Below, in pieces: positions 54,135 to 64,000 of a DNA stretch of 64,000 nt. The notes below the pieces were generated by a model. That model was given only the letters and a program-made list of their open reading frames with translations. It did not search any database and was not told the origin of the DNA. The stretch covers positions 50,716,001-50,780,000 of the forward strand of contig OZ024745.1 of the NCBI GenBank assembly GCA_964016885.1, in the 5' to 3' direction. The stretch's first letter is position 1. The number at the start of each line of letters is the position of its first letter. Made by a program: the position numbers and the translations under genes. This DNA comes from Eledone cirrhosa (taxonomy: Eukaryota).

Positions 54135-57100
54135 CAGGGGTCGGCAACCTTTTGGAGAGAGAGGGCCAAACAGCTATGCAGTGTCATGGAGGAGGGCCAT
54201 GTTATTAAATATGTAAATACATTTTCTGGAGGTTTAAAGCAAAACAAGGAATTTAATATAATTTTACTTTAACAAGGCCCCTTATTTTACTGCAGGAATA
54301 ACAAAAAAAAAAAAGAAGAAAATTAACTACAAACACATTCAACAAAAAAAAGCAAATTCCTTATTTTACTGCAGGAAAAACAGAAAAACAACTACTATCA
54401 TAATCAACAAAAAAAAAAAGCAAATTCCTTGCTACAAACGAAATACAGTTAGAAATGGTAAATGATTTAATGAGACACTTGTTTCTGCTTATTGTGCGAT
54501 AACTTCTCCACACCAGGTGAAATATTTGTCGATGACAGGAGCAAAACATCATCCAGGTGGTCGTCACGCAACCTTGTTCTTAAATGACTTTTAGTATATT
54601 TCATTTTGGAAAAAAGTTGTTCACAAGCATATGTACTTCCAAATAATGATATCATCAGTTTCGCATTAGTCAAGATGTTTTTATATTTTCCGCTTGGCAA
54701 TATATATTTATTGTAGAAGTCAGCAGTGGATTCGAACTGAAATTTCGATTTCAAAGATTCGTCGCACTGTAGGTCAATTAACTCCAACTGATATTCTTCT
54801 GCCACATCTGTTTCGTAAGGAGTACCAAATAACTTAAATAGAGTTCCATATTGCCGGAAGTCAGCAAAACGAGAGGAAAACTCGTTTCTCAAATCCTTAA
54901 TAGAGCTCACAAAGATGTCTGGTATTATATCTCTCTTGTGATTTTGGAGACTTGGGAAATGAGAGTAGTTTCCGTTTTGAAGTTGTGATTCCCACATTCG
55001 AAGTTTTCTCTCAAAAGCAGTAATTTGACCAAACATCTCAAATACAACCTTGTTCTTTCCTTGAAGCTCAAGATTCAAAGTGTTCATGTTGGTCGTGATG
55101 TCCACTAAAAAAGCTAACTTGACAACCCACTGTGGATCCTGAAAGTAAGAATTATCTTGGTATTTGCTCTCTAAAAACATAGAAATCTCTTCTCTCAATG
55201 CATATACTCGTTCTATCATTTTCCCGCGGCTAAGCCATCGAACATTTAAAAAATATGTAAGGTCGCCATACTCTGCTTCAATTTGTTTTAGAAATTCTTG
55301 AAACTGGCGGTGATTTAGTCCTCTTGACAGTATAAAATTCACTGTTTTCACGACCACTGCCATGATGTCCTTAAAATTCAGTGACTTTGCACATAATGCT
55401 TCTTGATGAATATTGCAATGAAGTTTGATTAGTTTTTTATCAATACCGATGTGGTTTTGGAGCAATGCAACAAACCCCTTTTTCTCTCCAACCATTGCTG
55501 GTGCTCCATCTGTGATTACTCCAGAAAGCTTTGATAAATCCAGATTCATTTCGGTAATCCATTTCATGCTTCCCAAAATATCTGCTCCAGTGCTAGTGTC
55601 CTTCATAGGAATCAATTGTACAAATTCTTCCACAATATTGGTGTTACACCCCTCACAAACACTGCAAGTTAACAAGTATCCTTCATATCTGTGGTTTCAT
55701 CGATAGCAATGGAATAATACTCCAGATTATTTAAAATGCCCTCCAAGCCACTTCTGACATTTGCTGCCAGCTCTTCAATTCGCCTTGTTACTGTTCTTGC
55801 TGATAAGCTGATCGCAGAAAATAATTCCCTTTTTTCTGGACAAACAACATCTGCTACCTTCAACAATAATTCTTTGAAGAAATCTCCACCAGTAAAAGGT
55901 TTCATCCTTTCTGCAATTAGTTTTGACACCTCGTAGCTAGCACGAGTGTTTCGGTCACTTTCTTCAACTTTTCTAGTGAAAAAGGATGATTGCTTTGTTA
56001 CATTATTTCTCAGCCGTGCAACTTCGTTTACTCCTGTTTTTCCAGTAAAACTGTTGTAATGATTATGACGAGTTTCATAGTGCCGTTTAATATTTGAAAC
56101 TTTCTTCACGGAAATGGTTTCTTGACAAATTAAGCAAACACATTTTCCGAAGTGTTCAATGAAAAAATAGCTAAGTGTCCAGCCATCGTTAAAAGTTCGG
56201 CACTCCAAGTCCACTTTTCTTTTCTTAGCTTCCATGGGCTTGTTTTTGTTCAAACAAAAAAGATTTATGGAAAGGGAAAAGAACAAAAAGTGTAATAATT
56301 AGAATGAAGAAATAAGAAACAATGAAAACAAATGTAAATGCGAATACAGTAATGCGATAAAATATGATAATTGTGAATAAATTATATAAAACCAGGTTTC
56401 TAACCATGTTGTTAGATCAGGGTTGCCATTTGTTTTTTTAAACCACTTTTGGCCAAATTCTAATAATAATAATTCACACAATTTATCATAAATAATTAAA
56501 TAAACGTTATTATCGAATAAAGATACCTACTGTATAGTTGTTATACCACAAGACAAAAAACTCAAATGAAAATACTCTGGGGAGGAGGGAACGGAGTAAT
56601 TTTTCAAAGGACATCTTTACATTGTGCCGGGGGGCACAGGTAAGGTCAGGCAAACAAAGACGACAATAATTCACGTGTGATTTTATTGAATGACAATATG
56701 GGTATAAAAGCGAGTCATGCGAACCGTAAGGTAGTATACTTTCCATTCGCTGACGAAAATGCATACTTCCAGCCAACATGTGTGTTTGTGAAATGCAACA
56801 AAAACACATACATGAAATCACAGGAAATAATAATACAGGTGATATAATGCTTGGCGGAAAGCCAAGAAAAAGATGGATAATAATAAATGGAAAATATAAT
56901 AAGGTTACAAAGGTATCTGTAAATATATACCGTATGAGCAGCGATTTGTGATGGGCATCAGGTCGACACAACTTTGAGTGAACTACTGTATCTGTATTCG
57001 ATACTAATTACATAATTAGTGTCCAGTGTAAGATGGCGGGCCGGACAAGAATCACTCGAGGGCCGGATGTGGCCCGCGGGCCGGGGGTTGCCGACCCCTG
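54135..57100 (-). mobile_element. Full-length hAT DNA transposon (SPIN/Charlie/Buster group)
   Basis: Perfect 15-bp TIRs CAGGGGTCGGCAACC / GGTTGCCGACCCCTG; 8-bp TSD CCTTAAAG / CCCTAAAG (7/8, NNNTANNN type); internal transposase. Confidence 0.96.
54467..56235 (-). pseudogene. hAT transposase (GTF2IRD2/SPIN-like) with a nonsense codon and a frameshift
   Basis: MEAKKRKVD; BED finger CVCLIC...IKRHYETRH; AIDETTD; ITDGAPAM; HCNIHQEALC; VRWLSRG; STYACEQLFS. TAA at 55669-71 lies in DTC*LAVFVRGV, and the frameshift is near 55640. Confidence 0.93.
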
Positions 57101-57849
57101 CCCTAAAGCATATGAAGAATATTGCAACGAACTACTTAGCAACCTGTCTAATCTATTTCCCCCCTATAGGTTACCTCGTGTTTACTTTTAAGCCTAAGGA
57201 AACTTACCTGTGTATGTGTTGATAAACGAGAGCCTTCAAAGTAAATTCATAAAAGTACTGACCTATATTTTAACATTAGAGTTCAAGCCAAACGAGAGTC
57301 ATTGGGAACATTTCAGCTGATGAAGGTGGAGCTGGGAGTTCCCATCAACGGTTTATGCAAGAGATAGGATGCTGCAACTATGCAAAATGCACACAAGATA
57401 TTGCGAATTAGCACTCAGAGCTATGTTGTTAATGTAGTATAAAAATATCGTTGTACGAAAACCAATGCTGTTATGGCAAGCACTGCACACAGAACTGTGG
57501 CTTCCTGTGATCAGTCATCAGATTATAGAACAAACATCCGGAGATTGAATCTGCAAGAGTTTAGTTGATGAAATGCGAACATTCAAAAGTCGTGTCAACA
57601 AAACAAGCCAGTAACATGTTCCCTCAGAAATGCTGTTTTACGTCACTTAAAGTTCATATGTCTCCGAATGCATATTTAAAGAAACATCGCTCTTGGCAAG
57701 AAGACACCAGGATATGGTTTAATGCTAAAAACAGCAGTAATACTGTAAAGAAAGTAAGTGTTTCATTAATTTGGAGTGTGAGAAACTTCTGACATTGCCT
57801 ATGGGCATGGTCAACAAATGCAATGTCTTCATTGCTCAAAGCTCATGTA

Positions 57850-58560
57850 AGCTCAAGTATACAAAGCATATATTCATACATTTGTTGTTAGTGTCACGCT
57901 TTCTGTGTTGAACTTCGATAACGTAATTTTTACACACGGCTAAGTAGAACAAGTAGCCATCTTGTCACCAGTGGAGGAATTTATCACCAGGTGTTTCTTT
58001 GAATGCACATTGCAGTAAGACCGCAAAACATACTCCAAACTATAAAAAGAATGATGGCAACTAGGAAGCTATCCTTGACTCCACACTTGATATCAAATCT
58101 TTCTGAAGTGGATCCATCAAGCTGTACAGTAGCCTTCATATCTATATGGATTGAGACAATTAGTTTCAGTGATGCTGGAGGGCACCCACTTAATCCAGCA
58201 TCTTAATATGATCTGACCTAACTGAATCAAATGCTTTAATTAGATTTACGAAATCAGCGTGAAGCTTTCTTCTCTGTTCCCAACACTTTTCTTACTGATG
58301 GTTCTATGAAAATATGAAATTAATAGTAGATCAACCACAATGGAACTAACACTGACTTTTCTATAGTATCTTTTCTGCTTTAGGAGATGGTGGACAAATA
58401 TTTTTTCTGCAATGCTCAGCAAAGCAATTCTCTTAGAGTTATCGCAGTCGCCCTTGCCACCTTTGTTCTTATACACCGTTATAATATTGGCGTTTTAATT
58501 TCATGTTGAATAATTCCCTATCTCTAACAAAGGATTAGGAGTTGAGTGAAGTTCCTTTCG
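57850..58560 (-). mobile_element. Degenerate RTE-clade RT region
   Basis: YKNKGGKGDCDNSKRIALLSIAEKIF matches YKxKGDxSDCxNYRGIxLLSxxGKIF. Confidence 0.75.
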
Positions 58561-59450
58561 CAAAGCTCACCCGAAATATCGCTACCAGGTGATTTGCCGT
58601 TCGATAGTTCATGTATACTTTCGAGATCTCTTCCGAAGTGGATTCCTCATCACATTTTAGAGAGTTTAGGAATCATATTATTCAGTTATTTTGCTATATC
58701 GCTTTCTCCCGTGCTAGTATAGCATCAGGTTGCTATTGAAGACTGTAGAAAAGCAACTTCCAAGACTTGAGTGTAGAGGGCAGACTATATGTTGTTGTAC
58801 ATTGTCCTGAAGTTTTCTATATTTGGATTTGTCCCAATATTCATTAGAACACTTGCAAGTTGTTCTTTGTACTCTTGACTTTAATATTTGAAACTGATTG
58901 ATTGTAGATTTTGTTCGATTTTTGTAGTTCTCTTTTCTCTTAACAGTGATATGACTTCAGCCCAGTCCATATCGGATGAAAATGTTAATGTATATATATA
59001 TACATATATGAGAGAAAGAGTGTTGGGGGAAGTACACAGAGGAAAGAAAAGAGCACGCACTACGCCTCGTAAAGTGTTTATGTTTCACTCAGAATTGCCA
59101 TTACAGGAGTGGAAAAAGCGTGGTGATCCTTGGTCATGATTAAAGAAACTTTGGCAGCTTCTAAACTAAGTTGTTTCCCATTAGATATTGAGAAAGGCTT
59201 CGTCGTCAGTTGATTCAGATCACGTGATGAGATCGATGGCTGACAGTTTGTTGCAGACACCAGATACATATCAGTGTTCAAATATACATACCCCAATGCA
59301 AACATAGGTTGTTGTTGTTCAGTCACAGGTTAAGCTACACATAATTTGTAAGGTGACCTCTCACTCTATTTAAATATTTATCACACGTTCTCTCTGTTTC
59401 TATTTTACTGTTTTACGCCCACCTACACTCTGTCTATTTTATAATTTTTC

Positions 59451-59510
<60 letters not shown>

Positions 59511-59534
59511 ACACGCCATCTCTCTCCCCCCCAT

Positions 59535-59571
<37 letters not shown>

Positions 59572-59720
59572 CTCTCTCTCTGTATGCATGTTCTGTCTTT
59601 ATCTTACTTTGTCAACTAAGCATTTTCTGTCTATCTTACTTTATGTCTTACTCTCTCTTTCTCTCACTTTATCGTGGAATTCCATTTACTTGTCTGGGTA
59701 ATATATATATATATATATAT

Positions 59721-59965
59721 ATTGTTATACTTGGGGAGGGTCATATTTGTGTAATATTGCCAGAATTAATAACAGAACACACTCACTGTTTGGTTGGTTT
59801 TCGCTTTTTGCTTCTGTGTCTTTTATATCGGTAATCTAATTTATTCGGTCCTCAATGTTGCCATTGACTGACCGGCGGTCAAAAATAATACAGATACAAT
59901 ATAGACACAAACACATATATATAGTTTATCAGAGTTCTTTCGTTGCACATCTGCATCATCGTATA
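59721..59965 (-). mobile_element. Diverged member of the TTGTTATACTT-terminated repeat family
   Basis: Same terminus ATTGTTATACTTGGGGAGGGTCAT; decayed core GATGA-TGCA-GATG-TGCA-AC-GAAA-GAAC-TC on the minus strand. Confidence 0.55.
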
Positions 59966-60077
59966 TGTATATATATATATCTATATATATGTATATATAC
60001 ATATAGGTGTGTGTGTAAAAGGTAAACAAAAATAACAAAGCAAACGACATAGTACATGGAAGAATTATATATATATA

Positions 60078-60974
60078 CTAGCAGTAAAGCCCGGCGTTGC
60101 TCGGGGTCGCTCAGTAGCTGTGTTAAAGTTACAATGTTAAGTTTCTTTCTTGGCTTAAAAACTGTAGTGTCTACTGTGCAGACTTGCATGTGGTGTTTTT
60201 GATTAATATTCCCTCAACCAACAATATGCCTTATGAAGTTAAGAAAACATAACGATAACCCGAATGTTATAACAAAAGAGGATGCTGGGGATAGAAACTG
60301 CACTGGTTATTTATTAACAAAGATCGAAAATGTAAACACTGCAACGCAGAGAAAAACATTAGCGTAACCAAATTATCAGTTATGTCTGTCTGCACGCCTA
60401 TATCAACTCTCTGCACGACTGTCTGTCTGCACGCCTATATCACCTCTCTGCACGACTGTCTGTCTGCACGCCTATATCACCTCTCTGCACGACTGTCTGT
60501 CTGCACGCCTATATCACCTCTCTGCACGACTGTCTGTCTGCCCGCCTAACGACGAAATATTTGCTTGTTTTACGTAGTCTTTAAATAGACTTGTTTTCAA
60601 GTAAAAATATTGTTTTAAAATGCTTTTAAATGGAAATGAAGCAAAACGGAAGCTTAGTGTTCGAACTGATGAATTTTGCAGGTCAATATTTTGCTGGCTC
60701 GACAACTGTTAAAGCCAGCGTAATTTTTTACGTAAGACGCTCAATGTAAACAGAACAAAGGGAAATAACTGATAACTTACGCTCAAAAATCGATACATTA
60801 TATTCGATTTCGTCACATAGGGTGGGTCAATTTGACATTTTTTTTTCCGATGTCTTCGCTAGGGCTCAATGTACAAGTATAGCAATTTCGGTGCAATTCG
60901 GTGAGAGATTCTAAGAGGAGATGTGTGCCAAAAATCGATAGACAGACAGACAACCACAGTTTTATATATATAGA
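60078..60974 (-). mobile_element. Non-autonomous Helitron
   Basis: Minus strand reads A|TCTATATATATAAAA ... CCCGAGC-AAC-GCCGGG-CTTTACTG-CTAG|T: 5' TC, subterminal hairpin, 3' CTAG, AT target and no TSD. Confidence 0.88.
60383..60547. repeat. 37-bp minisatellite (~4.4 copies) inside the Helitron
   Basis: Unit TGTCTGTCTGCACGCCTATATCACCTCTCTGCACGAC starting at 60383, 60420, 60457, 60494 and 60531. Confidence 0.92.
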
Positions 60975-61158
60975 TTAGACTATATTATATAGTCCAAAAT
61001 ATTACGACGACGCTTCTATTTCTATTTCAATTCCAAACTCCGTTCAAGACATACTATCTATATATATATATATTATATACAGACATGTGTGTGTGTGTGT
61101 GTGCGTGCGTGCGTGTGTGTGTGTGTGTGTGCGTGCGTGTGCGTGCGTGCGTGTGTGT

Positions 61159-61199
<41 letters not shown>

Positions 61200-61211
61200 T
61201 GTGTGTGTGTA

Positions 61212-61296
<85 letters not shown>

Positions 61297-62194
61297 GCGT
61301 GTGTGTGTGCGCGCGCACGCGTTTGTGAGTGTAGACAGTCAGATGATAAATGTAACAGCTCTGGACAATACCATTTTCATGAATCTTCTCTCTCTGTTTG
61401 GATTCTGCCGAGATCTACACCACCTTTTACTCATTCGAATCGTTAAAATTAGCAGCTGTATTTTTCCGCGTTATATTAAATTATTAATTCACCTTAGGAA
61501 AAAATTAAGCTTGCGCCTGCACAATCAAAAATAATTACGATCAATTAATTTGAAAAGGAAAAAAACATTCGTTGAAATACAAATAAAACACAAATAACGA
61601 TTGTAAAAATATGTTATCTCACATTTCTATGCTTAAAACCGGATTTGTTTTGTTTATACGGTCAAGAAACCTAAGTAGTCATCACGGGAAAATAGCGGCA
61701 ACATTCTGAGATTGTGGCCGAGTGAATTGTTTAGAAGTAGAGTTGAAAGTTTTGTTTGCCAATTCTTTCGAATGCAACACTAACCAGTTACATACAATAG
61801 GTATTTAGTAAGAAAACAAAATCATCTTTATTGTAAATGAGAAACTAGCCATACTGATTACAAATATTATATTATCGTTTTAAGTTGAAACCGTTTCATT
61901 AGCCGGCTTCTTAACCTCTGCGTCATCTCAACTCCGAACAACAACGTAATTGAGATATATATATATATTGAAAGAGGGAAGAATAACATGGTCAACATTA
62001 CAAAAAAGGTTTTTATTTACAGTATTAACAATTGTTTCACTGATTAAGTTGTTTAAAAATTGCTGAACACTTGAAGCTGTGCCACTCAATTTTAAATACG
62101 ATGTTAGCTTAACCAGATCACCAGAAAGGACTGTTAAAAACATACTCAGCGTTTACGAATTAAAATTACAACATCATTAATAAAGAAAGAGAGA

Positions 62195-62460
62195 GAAAAA
62201 AGAAAAAAGAAAAAAGAAAAAAGAAAAAAGAAAAAAGAAAAAAGAAAAAAGAAAAAAGAAAAAAGAAAAAAGAAAAAAGAAAAAAGTAAAAAGAAAAAAG
62301 AAAAAAGAAAAAAGAAAAAAGAAAAAAGATATAGAGAAAAAAGAGAGAGAAAAAATAAAAAATAAAGAAGAGAAAAGGATGAAAAAAAAAAAAAGATAAA
62401 AAAAATAGAAAAATAGAAAAATAGAAAAATAGAAAAATAGAAAAATAGAAAAATAGAGAG
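62195..62460. repeat. (GAAAAAA)n and (AAAATAGA)n simple repeats
   Basis: Read directly from the sequence. Confidence 0.9.
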
Positions 62461-62475
62461 AAAAAATAATAAAGA

Positions 62476-62662
62476 TAATTGTTTCTACTTTAGGGACAAG
62501 GACAGCAATTACCCAGTACATTACTGGTACTTTATTTTATCGACCCCGTAAGGATGAAAGGCAAAGTCAACCTCGGCGGGATTTGAACTCAGATCGTAAA
62601 GAGACGTAACTATGCTGGAAAGCATGGCGTCCGACCCTCTATCGATACTGCCAATCCACCGC
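62476..62662 (-). mobile_element. Deu/Nin-type SINE
   Basis: Reverse-complement copy of 25533-25715. Confidence 0.88.
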
Positions 62663-62890
62663 CCTCGTAACATTATATTGATACTGCCAATAATAATAAT
62701 AAATGAATACATGTTAATAAATAAGTTATAACAAAGATGATAAAAATAATACAAAATATGATAAAAAATAAATAAAAAAATTTAATATGTGTGCGAAGAA
62801 AAGTAAACATAGTATGATTATTGAGAGTAGTTGTGGTGTTGGTGGTTAAAATATAGAGATATGATAGTATAAACATGAAAAGGTTAAATA

Positions 62891-62998
62891 TATTTCTGAT
62901 GATCTGGTTAAGCTAACATCGTATTTAAAATTGAGTGGCACAGCTTCAAGTGTTCAGCAATTTTTAGACAACTTAATCAGTGAAACAATTGTTAATAC
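62891..62998 (+). ncRNA. Type I hammerhead-like motif with 79-nt stem II domain
   Basis: TATTT-CTGATGA-T-CTGGTTAAG...CTTAATCAG-T-GAAA-CAATTG-TT-AATA; stem I is weak. The minus-strand twin has a mutated core (CTGGTGA). Confidence 0.62.
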
Positions 62999-63257
62999 TG
63001 TAAATAAAAACCTTTTTTGTAATGTTGACCATGTTATTCTTCACTCTTTCAATATTATTACTCCAAGATAAACTTACATAGACATTCCCGAGAACTCACA
63101 AACTCGCCACCTACTGAAACCTCTTGTTGAGTCAAACAACGCCGTACGCTAAAACTATCCACAATACGGAGTATTCACAACCTCTAACTGGATTACCTAT
63201 AACGATATTTTGTTATCCCTTATATCTATATAAGGGATAACAAAATATCGTTATAGG

Positions 63258-63312
<55 letters not shown>

Positions 63313-64000
63313 AATATCTTTAAGTCGTTTGGAAGCCTCGACAATGCAAATGGGTAAATCTCCGGGTAACAAGATCCGGTGGTGGAGAGAGAGAGATGTA
63401 AGTGGGTGTACGTTGAGATGCGTGGTGTGTATAAGATGTGTAAATGTGTAGAAGAAAGAAGGGAAGAGTATAAAGGATAAAATAAAAATAACAACACAAG
63501 AGAGAGTTACCTTGGGAGAGATTTAATAGTCCCTATATATTTCGGATTCACATCCATCAACTGGGGTTTTTTTCCGGGGTAAAGGTTGTCTGTCGGACAG
63601 GTGCGAAACGCGTCCTCCGCTGTTTGTTGTTTTGAAGATCTGAGGTATTCGGCAGAGCGCGCGTGCGCGTGAAATGGGAAATGGGTCGGTCGGGCAGAGG
63701 TCAGCGGCCAAATATTGGAGTGGGGTGGCGCTAGCTGTCAGTCCATTCTCTGCCTGTTTGTTAAATGTTTCTGTGTGTGTGTGTGCGTGTGTTGTTGTCT
63801 CGCTTGAGTGTGTGTGTGTGTGTGCGTGTGTTGTTGCCTTGTTTCTCTGTATTGGCAGTGTAGTATGTTCGTATGGTGGAATGCTACTGTGTGTGTGTGC
63901 GTGTGTGTGTGTAATTGTCTCGTTTGTGTGTGCGTGTGTTGTGTGTTGCTACATCGTTTGTTAACTTAAACCAGCCATCTCATTTCGCTTCTCTCTAATC

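Larger units (their letters stand above)
61965..63055. repeat. 163-bp inverted repeats (61965-62127 and 62893-63055) enclosing A-rich repeats and a SINE
   Basis: The arms are near-exact reverse complements with about 3 differences. Confidence 0.9.

Noticed and set aside
59160-59216. CTGACGA...GAAAC on the minus strand
   Set aside because: No convincing stem I or stem II pairing.
60383-60547. CRISPR-like 37-bp periodicity
   Set aside because: The units are contiguous with no unique spacers, lie inside a Helitron, and the context is eukaryotic.
63525-63570. Hammerhead-like CCC-CAGTTGA-TGGAT-GTGA-ATCC-GAAA-TATA-TA-GGG on the minus strand
   Set aside because: It has two substitutions in the CUGANGA core and is a single copy, so at best a dead relic.

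Overview
AT-rich, microsatellite-saturated eukaryotic DNA. The repeat content suggests an octopus or other coleoid cephalopod, but that is an inference. I found no convincing host protein-coding gene, and most ORFs in the track are microsatellite artefacts. The window is mostly mobile elements: a full-length but mutated hAT (SPIN/Charlie-like) transposon with TIRs and an 8-bp TSD (54135-57100); a 5'-truncated Penelope-like element (RT + GIY-YIG) with an inverted terminal repeat (47060-49230); a non-autonomous Helitron; decayed mariner and pogo elements; R4/Dong-like, RTE and CR1-like LINE fragments; and many tRNA-derived Deu/Nin-type SINEs. Two patterns stand out. (1) Several unrelated families of minimal type I hammerhead ribozyme motifs recur as outward-pointing pairs in inverted repeats, with spacers shrinking from about 1.9 kb to zero; two families have unusually long stem II insertions. 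(2) Two kinds of retroelement, R4/Dong-like 3' ends and a ~600-bp non-coding element, occupy (CATA)n/(TATG)n microsatellites in opposite polarity and form nested chains. All structural calls were made by eye.
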